A DNA stretch of 55,782 bases, counting the filler, from Fonticula-like sp. SCN 57-25 (taxonomy: Eukaryota): the NCBI GenBank assembly GCA_001724245.1. It is 2 parts of 2 records of this genome, joined end to end, with 100 filler letters (N's around TTAATTAATTAA, not from the genome) between each part and the next. Parts side by side here need not be neighbours in the genome. Positions count along the whole stretch, not along the records: positions 1 to 27,937 come from MEDX01000054.1; 1 more part is not named here. One strand, written 5' to 3'. The notes under the pieces are model-generated. The model had not been told where the DNA came from. It did no database searches and saw nothing but the letters and a program-made list of their open reading frames with translations. This document shows, one piece after another, positions 11,332 through 21,775 of this stretch. A program made the translations under genes and the position numbers. How positions within the stretch are numbered: position 1 is the first letter of the stretch; every line of letters begins with the position of its first letter.

Positions 11332-11789
11332 GGGTAAGGGGATTGGGGGGGTTAGTGGGTCGGACTAGTGTCCGACCTGTGTGTTACTAGTATGTGCGCG
11401 CGAGAAAGGACCCGTGTGCTGTGAGTCGTATGGTCGTATAGTCGTATGGTTATGGGCGCGAGGGAACGAATTTGCAAGCATGGATACACGAGGGTATATG
11501 AGTGATTCTGTTTGGAGCTTTATACATAGTTTATATTTAGGATTGCCTGCGATATTGCTGGGCACTGTAGTTCTCTGCCTGAATGCGAGCGACAAGAGCG
11601 GCAAGCTGCCTTTCGCTATTTTTTTCTTTTATCTGCCGATGGATTCAATTGCAACTGCTAGCTTAATATAATTACCAACAAGGTAAATTCGGTCATAAAG
11701 TCAATAATATACAACCTAAAATACAGCCTCTAAAAGTAATACTAAAGTGCACAAAAGTGGCGTGCGTCGCTTCACGCAAGCCGCTGCTC

Positions 11790-12470
11790 CTACTGCCCTT
11801 GCGCGTCTTCCTGCGTGTCCTCGTCCTGCTCGCCCTCGTCCTTGGCAGAGTCCTGACCAGAAATAGCTCTGCTCCTCCTCTGCAGCATCGAGAGTGGGAT
11901 CGCCAGCGGGTTCACCGATGACGCGTGCGCTTTCGCCGCAAGAAGCTTCTCCCCGTTCTGCTCGTAAACAATCAAATTAGATAAGCGCGCGGGCCATGTA
12001 AAGTGACGCACAGTAATCAGGTTGCGCTCATTCCGCGTCTCGCGCCCGCACGCGTAATGGATCGTTCGCGCCATCTCGCTGCGCAGCAGGTCCAGTTCTG
12101 ATTGGGAAAACATATTAGAAGCGGCAGCAGAGGGCAAACTCATAGAGGAAACGGCAACAATAGTCAAATAAACACACAAAAAGCGCTTGAATTCAAGCAA
12201 AAGAAAAAGCGTACCAGCAGGTTTAAGGTCGACGGCTGGCCATGCCGTTGGGTGAACAAAGTGCGCCAGGGCGTCGTACACCTTGGCCCATCTGACCCCA
12301 TTCTCCGACACTGCCGCCCCCTCCTCGCGGCCAAGCTCGTGCAGCGACAAGGCAAGCCTCTCCTTGAGCGTCTCGTGCGATTCGTCCGCTCCTGGCCGCG
12401 AGAGAGCGCCGCGCCACGTCCCGAGCGTGCGCGGCGACCACACTGGCCGCGCCGCACCTATCGGCGCCAT
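11790..12470 (-). CDS. Hypothetical protein with one probable 117-nt intron (12214-12098)
   Basis: ATG at 12470, head-to-head with HemK. A GTACGC...CTAAT...CAG AT-rich intron interrupts GC-rich coding sequence; acidic tail. Confidence 0.6.
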   Translation of the reverse strand: MAPIGAARPVWSPRTLGTWRGALSRPGADESHETLKERLALSLHELGREEGAAVSENGVRWAKVYDALAHFVHPTAWPAVDLKPAGTLFLLLEFKRFLCVYLTIVAVSSMSLPSAAASNMFSQSELDLLRSEMARTIHYACGRETRNERNLITVRHFTWPARLSNLIVYEQNGEKLLAAKAHASSVNPLAIPLSMLQRRSRAISGQDSAKDEGEQDEDTQEDAQGQ

Positions 12471-12522
12471 CTTTGATGCAAACTGCAAACTAATTTCGTG
12501 CGTCAGCACTTCGACTGTCATC

Positions 12523-13425
12523 ATGAGGGTGGGCGTCGGGGTGGGTGGCATGTCGGTGTCGGCGGCGCTCGATCTCGCGAGGTCCCGCCTCGCCGCGAGC
12601 GGCCTGAGCGCGTCTGAAGCGATGCCTCTTGTCACACACTCTCTTGTTTCTCCATCGCGCCGTTCGCTGCTTTTCATGAGCGATGCCGAGATGTCGTCGC
12701 CCTCACTCGTATCGCTGTCGGCGCTCCACGATGCTCTCGACGCGCGCTGCGTGGCGCGCCGCCCGCTCGCGCACATAACACACCGCCGCGAATTTTGGTC
12801 GCTTGACTTTGAAGTGTCTCCCGCCGTGCTTGTGCCGCGAGCCGACACTGAAACGCTCGTTTCAGTTGCGCTCTCGTGCGTGAAGCCGGCTCGCGATCGG
12901 TCTCTGCGCGTGCTCGAGCTCGGCGTCGGGTCAGGCTGCGTGCTAATCTCACTTTTGAGCGAGCTTCCCGGCGCGCGGGGCGTTGGCGTGGACCGCAGTC
13001 TTGCGGCGCTCTCGGTCGCTCGGCGCAACGCCCTCCGCCTTGGGGTTGCGGGCCGCACGACACTGCTCCAAAGCGACTGGTGGCAGCGACTGGAGGGCGT
13101 TGGCCAGGGCGACTTTGACCTCATCGTGTCGAACCCGCCGTACATTGGGGAAGGAGAGCGCGACGCGCTCCAGCCAGAGGTGCGGCACGACCCCGAAGGG
13201 GCTCTCTTTGCCGGCGCCGACGGGCTCGACGCGTACAGGGCGATCGCGGATGGCAGGCCGTCGCGGTGGATGGCCAACGGGGGGGCATTGGCGCTTGAGG
13301 TGGGAGCGGGGCAGCACGATGACGTGCAGAGGATTGTGCTGGAAAGGGATAGTCGCCTCGCGTTCGTGCGGGCCGCCAAGGACCTCGCGGGGCACACGCG
13401 ATGCGTCCTCTTTACCAAAAAGTAG
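12523..13425 (+). CDS. HEMK1: HemK/PrmC release-factor glutamine methyltransferase (HEMK1-like, probably mitochondrial)
   Basis: PLAHITHRREFW, VLVPRADTETLV, LELGVGSGC, DLIVSNPPY, KDLAGHTRC. Confidence 0.92.
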   Translation: MRVGVGVGGMSVSAALDLARSRLAASGLSASEAMPLVTHSLVSPSRRSLLFMSDAEMSSPSLVSLSALHDALDARCVARRPLAHITHRREFWSLDFEVSPAVLVPRADTETLVSVALSCVKPARDRSLRVLELGVGSGCVLISLLSELPGARGVGVDRSLAALSVARRNALRLGVAGRTTLLQSDWWQRLEGVGQGDFDLIVSNPPYIGEGERDALQPEVRHDPEGALFAGADGLDAYRAIADGRPSRWMANGGALALEVGAGQHDDVQRIVLERDSRLAFVRAAKDLAGHTRCVLFTKK

Positions 13426-13680
13426 TCGTTTATGAAAAGATGTCGTGTACGAATAGACAATTATTGTATGTGTTGGCTGTATGATAGATATAGACTGTAT
13501 TTTAATAGACTGTGGTACTCTCAGCTCTGTCGCTGCAAGCCTCGTGTTTCTCCTGGGCCCGTCGCAGAACATATCCTCGATCTGATTCGTCGATCAGTGC
13601 TTAGAGCGTATATGATTGGCCACTCACAAATTCACAAATTGTCCATTTCATTGCACCCGTCCCTTGGCGCGCCTGCAACC

Positions 13681-15161
13681 ATGGAGTGCGACATTGGCAC
13701 GGTGTCGTTGATCGGCTCGCGCTCGTACAACCAAGACACGTACTTTATTGAACGCGGCCTCTTTGGCCACGCCAACCAATTCGCTTTTGGCGTCCTTGAT
13801 GGCCACGGCCAGCACGGACATCTCGTGGCGAATGCCGTCCGCGGTACGCATTTATTCGTGGTCGCCGCCGGTGCTGATCGCGATCCCTAGACCAATTCGT
13901 GCATCTTTTGCTGCGCGATCAGGCTTCGCTCATGAACGACCCCCCGCAGCGTCTGCATGACATCTTTCGCGAGCTGCAGCGTTGGCTGGAGACGATGCCC
14001 GTGCCGGACATGGACGTTGACATGAGCGGCACGACCCTCACTGTCGCGCTCGTGCTCAACCTGCCTGACCCCGACGCCGCCGCGGACGCGCCGCCAGTGT
14101 ACGCACATTTAAAAGAGGAAGAGAAGGGGAGAAAGGGAGAGAGGAAAAAGGGAGAAATAAGTATAGGCGGGGATGGTCGCGCAGTGAGCTAATCGTTGTT
14201 GTGCCGCAGGCCGGTGGCGATCATCGCACATGCAGGCGACAGCGCTGCCATGGTCGGCGGCCTTAAATACACGCCGCGGCCCGTCTGGCGCCTTTCGGCA
14301 CTCACAGAGTACGCATCCATCCATGGCGCAGTAGGGGGGCTTTTATCCAACGTGGCTTCATGTTGTTGCTTTGTGGATGTCCTTGATACATGTCTACTGA
14401 ATACTGTCCGTTGCCTTTGCTAACCCTCTTGGCTCCTCTTCAGCTCGCACAACTGGGACAATGCGGACGAGCGCGCTCACGCGACCCCCCAGGCGCGCAT
14501 TGACCGCATGCCGCTCGAGGAGGGCGCGCCGGCGGTCGAGTCGGAGGAGGACCTCGGCCCGCTGCGGATATACCGCGGCACGCTGCCGTACCCGGGCCTC
14601 GCCATGTCGCGCTCGCTCGGCGACATCATCGCGCACCAGCTCGGCGTTGCGTGGGAGCCGAGCATCGCCGTCAGGAAAATCATCCCGGACGACAAGTTTT
14701 TGGTGCGAAGGGGAAGACAATGAATGGTTTAATTGTAGGCTGGGTTAGTTGGGTTTGATTATGCTTATGTGTTTATTTGTATGTCTGTATGTGTGTGAGT
14801 GTAACTGTGAGTAGATCTTGATACTGTGTGACTTTTATCCTATATGAGGCTATTTGGATGTGGTGCTGTGTGAGTGTGAATAAGGAATTTTCTATCGTTC
14901 ATTTCCCCTCGTACCCTTCTATTTCCCTTCCCTTTGTCTAATACCGTGTAGCTCATTGCGACGGACGGCCTTTGGGACGTGTTCACGATGAAGGCCGCGC
15001 TCAAGATCGCGCGCCGCTGCCCGACTGCTTCCGGCATCTGCGAGGCGCTGCGGGAAAAGATCGAGCACCTGCACGAGCTGGACAACACGACCATCGTCGC
15101 GGTGCGGTTCGTCCACGCGAGCGACAACGGCGGCGACGCGTCCGACAGCGGAAGCAACTGA
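13681..15161 (+). CDS. PP2C (PPM) protein phosphatase, five exons
   Basis: Motifs NQD, FGVLDGHG, SGTT, AHAGDS, GLAMSRSLGD, LIATDGLWD and DNTT across exons joined by GT-AG introns. Confidence 0.92.
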
Positions 15162-15551
15162 GTGCAAACTGCAAACTGATTGGGCGTCCAGCACTCGCGC
15201 GCGTATATATTCCAATATGCATAGAGTATTTCAGTATCTTGTTCTCTGGCTCGTGTATGGGCCTTCACCCCTAATGGAGTGTTTATCTTTACGTTGTGGA
15301 CAATATTGTGGGCAATAGTGTGGACAGCGCCACACAGCAGGTTTGCATGCTGCATTCTGTATTTTACAAAAGGGGGTTTCTTGGCGCCGTCGGACCCCGC
15401 CGCCGCACTCGAGCACAGTCGAGGCAAGCGGCACGTCCGACCAAAGCGCATCAAAACAAACACAGGAAAGAAAAGAACAAGAGAAAACAAAAAAAAAGCA
15501 CACTCACATCATCATCATCAGGGGTCGACCAATGTCGCCGTGTCGTCGTCC

Positions 15552-17433
15552 TTAAACGGCGCCGGTGCGGTACGACTCGAGCTGCGCGTCGAGCTGAGCA
15601 AGGGACGTCGCCGGCCTATAGCAGCACGCATGGGTCAGCACGCCATTCAGAAAGCCACGTAATCAATTCGTACCTGGGGGCGCGACCTCCGCGTCCACCG
15701 CGACCCCTGGCGGGGCCACCGCGGGCGGCGGCGGGGGCGCGGCGAGCGGCAGTGCCGGCGCGGCCGCCGGTGCCGGCGCGCTGGCGAAGAGGGGCAGCGG
15801 CGCTCCTGAAACAAACAGTCAGCAAACAATAGCGGCATCAAAAGGGACGCACGGCTCAACGCGGGCGGGCGTGTCGTCGCGGTGCTCCAGAACAAGCTCC
15901 TGACCTGTCGCGGGCACAGTTTCAATACATCTGGATTAGGTTGCGCGCAATAGAAGAGAAGAGTCAAAAGTATAAAAATAACAACACACATATAATACAG
16001 ATACACTTGATATACACACCATACAAATACACCTTCACATAATGCAACAAACACAATACATATACACATTCACATTCACGCATGCATTCTGCAATACTCA
16101 CAAGAACAGCCACTGAAACCAGTATCCACCACATATAGACGTCATATCTCCTCAGATAGACTGCATATAGCGGGGCATAAAGGAGACGTCCAGGGAGCGT
16201 AATTTGCCACGTGGCCAAGACGCGGCGTTGCAAGCACAATCGCACGGCCGGCCCTTGACCGAGGGAGGAGAGGGAGGGAGAGAGATCGGGAAAGGGGAAG
16301 GGCATCAAACAGGCACATATGCCAAGCATGCAAACTGCACGCAAGTTTGCACTCAAACCGACCCCACATTGCATCTACCGTCATTGCCATCGTATGCGCC
16401 CTTCCCCCGCCCAGGTTCCCGCTTCTATAGCCAAGAAGGAAAACCGGCGAGCGAATGCCATGCTCATCGACGCAAACTGACCGCCAGTTTGCATCCGTTT
16501 TCTCGCTCCCTTTGACGACCCTCGTCTCCCTCTCCTCGATCGTGCGGGTTCCAGGTCCCCGATACACACTAGACGCCCCATACACACGCGGCCATTCTCA
16601 CAAATAATACTCATGCAGCAGCAAAGCGGAACGGGAGGGACACGAGCGGGGGCGCGAGGCCGAGGTGTGTGTGCGGACCATCGAGAGCCATGTGGGTGTA
16701 CTTGGAGATGGCGCGCGTCACTTCGGCGCGCGTTCCAAAGAACACATCAGCCTCGCCGAGCGAGCGGCCAGCCTTGTCGTAGTGGATGCGGACATTCTGG
16801 ACGTTGCCGGCCTCGCTGAAAAGGTCCTGCAAAGAGAACGGAAAACGTCAGCAAAAAGGACAAGAAATAAATAAAAGCCACACGATAAGGGCACAGTAGT
16901 GCGCAAAATGGTGTGCATCGCATCGATGTCAGCACGCATCTGTGTACACCATCCCCTGCTTTCGTCCCGTCCCCAATCTTCCCTGCCCTCTCAACTCTGT
17001 TGCTAACGCACCTTCAGGTCCTTCTCCGTAACGTTGAAGTGAAGGTTAGACACGTGGAGCGTCGCAAGGGGGCCGACGCGAGTGGTGCGCGCCTGCACGG
17101 GGGTGCGCTGCAAATCGATCACGTCAGCATCGCAGCTCATTTCAATCAGCAGAGCGAGAGAAACGTACGGAGGGGGCCGCGGCAGCGCCGCCACGGCGAC
17201 CGCCCTGCTGACCACCACGACCGCCGCGAGCACCGCCACGGGGGGCAGCACCGCCGCGCCTGGGGCCGTTCGCAGCCTTGCGCTGGAGGAAGAAAAAAAT
17301 GTCAGAAAAAGGCCAAAAAAACGTCATAATCAATGCGAAAAAAAGAATAACAGCATAAAATAAAGCAACACAAAAACAATAAAAGTACCTGAGCGCGGAA
17401 GGTCTTGCCAATGTCGTCGAGAGTGCGATCCAT
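15552..17433 (-). CDS. ALYREF: ALYREF/Yra1/THOC4 mRNA export adaptor, seven exons
   Basis: N-terminal UBM MDRTLDDI, RGG tracts, RRM (LHVSNLHFNVTEKDLKDLF...IHYDKAGRSLGEADVFF...YTHMALDG), C-terminal UBM LDAQLESY. Splice junctions keep the frame. Confidence 0.92.
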
Positions 17434-17828
17434 GTTGAAATCAAGTTGAGACACTGTTACCGAGTCCGTTGAAGGAAAAGGAAAGAAGCGCGCGTAAGAA
17501 ACAAGCGATGCGATTGGGTCATCGACGGAATTCGCGCTGTTCATTGGTCAAAATCAACCAATCAGCACATGACGGTACCTGTTCCGCCCGCCTATATGTC
17601 TTTTTTGCAGTGCATTGGCAGGGCGATGCAGGCGCGCAGCAGTAAAGCCTCGTTGCCACGCCGTTCCTATACCGTCCTGCAAGCCATTCTCTTTCTTTTT
17701 GTGCTGGTGCAACCCACTTTGCATCCAAAAAACCAGCTTGCACTGCTCTTCCTCCAATGCCTACGTCATCACCTACGTCATCACGCAAGTATTTTGCACC
17801 CGCCTGTCAACCCCGCCAGCCGCTGGTC

Positions 17829-18867
17829 ATGACCGGAGACACGGCTCTCGAGGAGCTTGACATTGCCAAGGAGGCAGCAGGTGCGCCCCCGCTCTCCCCC
17901 CTTGCCCCCCGCCTCTCCTACGCGATATGCTCACTTTCTCTACGTTTTCTTTCTCTTAGAGTATATTCGTTCGCCCGATTGGGGCGATCCGCCGACGGAC
18001 ATGGACTCGCTCCCCTCAAGCCTTCACCATCAGCTTCATCGCTTGAGCGCGCAGCTTCCTCGCTTGAGCGCGCAGTTGTTGTCCTCTTCCGCGTCTCGTC
18101 CCAAGTCCCCCCCGGACGCCTCGGGCGCGCCCTTTTCCGCCGAGCACGTGGTCTCGTCGGCGCGGGATCTCTTACAGGAACTGTCGAACCGCGTACTTTC
18201 GCTCGAGTCCCAGCTTGAAGAGGCGCGGGCCGCCTCTTCCGCATCAGAGGCGACCGCGTTGCGACTTTCCAAGGAGCTTGACGAGCTTCGCACGCGCGTC
18301 GCTGCGCCCGCGCCGTCGCCGTCGCTGCAGCCGCCATCGTCCTCGCTCCATCTTCAGCACGCGCTTTTGCAGAACCCGGCGATCGCGCGGTCGTCTCAGA
18401 ACGGCCCGACCGTCTACGTCAACCGCAACTGGGTGCACGTCCCGGACGCCGACGGCGTCAGGAAGCGCCGGAGAGCGCACTCGGCGGCCGCGCACGTCTC
18501 GTCGTCCGTCTCGTCCAACGCCCCCATCGCCGCGTCGCCGCCGCAGGGAGGCCCTGCTGGTCAGGCCGCCGCCTCCCCATCGACGGCCGCGTCGTCGCAC
18601 TTTGACGCATCTGCTCGGCGCATCGAGGACGACGCGGTTGCATTCGCGCTTGCTCAGCAGCAGGCAACGTCGGCCAACTCTGCTCTTTCGTCGTCTTCGT
18701 CGTCCGAGTACGTGTTCCACTATGCGGTGCCGTCGATCGGGACGGCGCAGGGCGGCCCGCAGACCGCGCAGATAATGATGATGCAGCAGCAGAGCGCGCT
18801 GCAGAACGACGACAGGCGAAAGGCAAGGCAGTTCAAGTACCACGCCTACGAGGCAAAGCAGACGTGA
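17829..18867 (+). CDS. Hypothetical coiled-coil, low-complexity, probably nuclear protein; one intron (17881-17959)
   Basis: ATG at 17829, GTGCGC...TAG intron, heptad segment (LLQELSNRVLSLESQLEEA), basic RKRRR, Q-rich tail. Confidence 0.6.
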
Positions 18868-19491
18868 TGTAGAGCAAGGGGATTTTTGCGGAAGGAAACC
18901 CTCTTGAATTTTTTTTTTGCTTTTTGTTGTTGTTTGAGGTTTTTGGTTATGTATGTTTTGCGACAGTTTAGTATTTCCTGCGTTTTGGGCGTTTATATAT
19001 GTGTTTCCGCGTATGCGAGATGATGTGCAGCACGCACCCTTCGCCGGGCTTTGGAATGGCGTGGCGAATGGGAGGCGGTGGCAGTGGGAGGCGGTCCCGT
19101 GCCAGAGGCTTGTTCTTTATAGAAGATTTTTATCTCGTTGTTTGCGTCCAACCCAGTTTGTTGTTTATTTGCATAGGTATGGTGTTGCAGTAGAGGGGGC
19201 GGCAATGGTCGTTTCTCTGGTGGGAATCATCCGACGTGTATGATACATGGATGAAACAATATATTATGCAGTATGATACACTTCCTGGCATATCTAAACT
19301 GATAGCAACAGTCGTAACATGGTCACAATGTCATGCAAATCAACGCTCAGTTTGCATAGTCATGTATCAATTTGGATGGGTAACATTATATAATATATTA
19401 ACTTTTAGGGAATCATGTATGGTCGGGACACATATTCAAAAACGGCATGTTATTGGCTTTTAACACATTCATCACTAAAATAGAGTACATA

Positions 19492-20244
19492 TTATTCATC
19501 ACTTTTGTATAGGACGTCATAGTGTCCCGGCTGGTAGATGAGCCTCACCTTGATGCTCGCGTCCTCGTCTCCGTACTTGTGCGTGACAATGTCGCCCTCC
19601 CCGTTGTCCATGTACGCGACGCTCACATGCACCTCAAACGCGCTCGCGAGCGCAACGATGTGCGCCTCCTCCGCTTCCCTCCCCATCGGCATCACCTCGC
19701 TATTGCAAAACTGCTCGATGCCGACCCCGCCAGGAACAAACGCCTCAAACAGATCCCGCTGCTTGAGCATCGCAGACGCCGTCGCAAAGCGAAGGAAAAT
19801 AATGATGCAGTCGGCGTCGTCGGTCGAGTCGTGAAGCGCGCGGAGCGATGCCTCATCGCCGCCTGGCGCGGCAGAGAGCTGTTCCTTGAAGGAGTCGGCG
19901 TAGTCTTCAAACACCATCGGGGGATACACTTTGGCAAGCTCCTCTGACATGGTGTCGCACAGGGCAAGCAGTCGAGGAACGCATGAGGATCCAGCGCCGC
20001 GAACAGACTCCCAAAGGCTCACGGCAAAGGCGCGATACAGGCAGTTGCCATCGGGGCGCATGAGGCGGACGCGGGTGTAGCCCGATGACACCAACGATGC
20101 CACTTTCGCAAGCGCGATCGGGCTGGACGACCAACGCGCCCCAAGCGCCTCCTTCGACGATAAGAGAGCGCTTATCGGGCTCGTCGACTCGACGATCTCC
20201 TTTCGAATCGCCTCCTCTTGCTTTTGCGTCGCCTCGAACGACAT
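19492..20244 (-). CDS. OTUB1: Otubain family deubiquitinase (peptidase C65)
   Basis: RPDGNCLYRAF catalytic Cys motif, FCNSEVMPMGREAE, LIYQPGHYDVLY. Confidence 0.93.
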   Translation of the reverse strand: MSFEATQKQEEAIRKEIVESTSPISALLSSKEALGARWSSSPIALAKVASLVSSGYTRVRLMRPDGNCLYRAFAVSLWESVRGAGSSCVPRLLALCDTMSEELAKVYPPMVFEDYADSFKEQLSAAPGGDEASLRALHDSTDDADCIIIFLRFATASAMLKQRDLFEAFVPGGVGIEQFCNSEVMPMGREAEEAHIVALASAFEVHVSVAYMDNGEGDIVTHKYGDEDASIKVRLIYQPGHYDVLYKSDE

Positions 20245-20387
20245 GGCGCCGGCGCTCTGATGACAGCAGCGTTGTTGACACTTTCAGGGCGCAAATTTGC
20301 AAATTTGTCCCAACCAATCATGTCGAAATAAATGGGGTTATCGCATTCTGATTGGCTAACGCGGAAGCCATTGTTTGCGGCAGCATC

Positions 20388-21449
20388 ATGAGCGGCGGAG
20401 ATGCGCAGCCGCCGTCGACCGACGCGTTAACTTTATCCAGCTCTTCAAGCACCGGGTCGTCCGATTATGTTGTTCCTCACAATGTCGCCGTACTGACGAC
20501 GCCCGACGGCGGGGTCTTGTATCTCTTGGGGACGGTACATGTATCGCGCGAGAGCGGTGAGGCCGTCAAGCAGCTCATCGCCGATGTGTCTCCCGAGGTC
20601 GTCTGCGTGGAGCTCTGCCTTGACCGGCGCCACATCCTTTCTCTTTCTGACAGCGAACCGAGCGAGCCTCGAGCGGATGTCGAAGCGTCGAGCTCTTCCT
20701 CGGAGCCTTCTGCCGCGTCGTCCTCGTCAACGCCAGCGGCGTCGACTGCTGTTGCCCAGGCCGCGCCTTCTTTTTTCAGCCATGTTGTCAGCGCGCTTCG
20801 TCGTGGCGGCGGCCCTTCGAGTGCGCTTGAGCACGCCTTTAGCGAGTATCTTCGGCGGATCGGCTCCAAGCTCGATGTCATGCCCGGCTACGAATTCCGC
20901 GTCGCGATGCGCGAGTGCCAAGCACGCCGGATCCCGCTGATCCTGTGCGACCGCCCCGTGCACATTACGCTGCAGCGCACATGGTACCGCCTGTCCTATG
21001 TCGAGCGCGTCCGCTTCATCTGGGGCCTGATGACGTCATCCGATGATGTTGACGAGGAGATGGTGCGTGCGCTGTCGCGCGGCGGCGATCTGCTGGACGA
21101 GCTGGTGGAAGAGCTGCAGCGCGAGTTCCCGTCGCTGTACCGCCCGCTCGTGGAGGAGCGCGACGAGTACCTCGCGGCGATGCTGCGCGAGCACACAAAG
21201 CGGAAGCGCGTCGTCGTGGGCGTCGTCGGGCTCGGGCACGTCAAGGGGATACAGCGCCGCTGGGAGGACACCAACATAGACGTGAGGGAGCTGCTCGCGC
21301 TCCCGCCGCCAACAAGCAAGGCTGCAAAGTGGGCCATGATTGCGGGCGCCACAGTGGGCGCCGTCGCGTCCGCAGCCGCCGTCGCATTCGTCGCCAAGTT
21401 TTCGTGGAAGATCGCCGCCAGGGTCCTGAGGGCGTACTGGAGAAGGTGA
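20388..21449 (+). CDS. TRABD: TraB-domain protein with a C-terminal TM anchor
   Basis: YLLGTVHVS, VCVELC, PGYEFR, LCDRPVHITLQR, LVEERDEYL, VVGLGHVKGI. Confidence 0.92.
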   Translation: MSGGDAQPPSTDALTLSSSSSTGSSDYVVPHNVAVLTTPDGGVLYLLGTVHVSRESGEAVKQLIADVSPEVVCVELCLDRRHILSLSDSEPSEPRADVEASSSSSEPSAASSSSTPAASTAVAQAAPSFFSHVVSALRRGGGPSSALEHAFSEYLRRIGSKLDVMPGYEFRVAMRECQARRIPLILCDRPVHITLQRTWYRLSYVERVRFIWGLMTSSDDVDEEMVRALSRGGDLLDELVEELQREFPSLYRPLVEERDEYLAAMLREHTKRKRVVVGVVGLGHVKGIQRRWEDTNIDVRELLALPPPTSKAAKWAMIAGATVGAVASAAAVAFVAKFSWKIAARVLRAYWRR

Positions 21450-21775
21450 ATTTATGCAAATAGCAAACTCTCTTTTTACACATCTATACCATTAAAAGAG
21501 TGATTTAATACATCATTATATACAGCATATTCGTGTTTATTGATAATGCGCAGAGATGCTAGCGGTCAAAAAGATGTTCACGAGCAACGTTGACACAAAA
21601 GCTCCACATGGCTGACACTCTAATACTGTATGATTGCACGCTACGCTGACCGCGCTTGTATAATAAATTTCATTCATGTTTATTAATGACACCCACTTGT
21701 GTCTCTATTACAACATCAAAATCATCATCCTCATCCTCATTCTCAACGTCATTTAAGTTTTTTTTCAGAATATTT

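Noticed and set aside
11790-13460. 556-aa minus-strand ORF overlapping HemK
   Set aside because: The upstream part is the antisense shadow of HemK. Only the part from ATG 12470 is a plausible gene.
13571-13580. ATATCCTC upstream of PP2C as a second minor intron
   Set aside because: No TCCTTRAC branch point downstream, and no reading frame requires it.
15231-15480. Possible snRNA or small gene between PP2C and ALYREF, including a triple TGTGGRCA repeat at about 15294-15327
   Set aside because: No recognisable U-snRNA or snoRNA signature; it fits convergent 3' UTRs. Only the adjacent TGCAAACT motif is kept as a finding.
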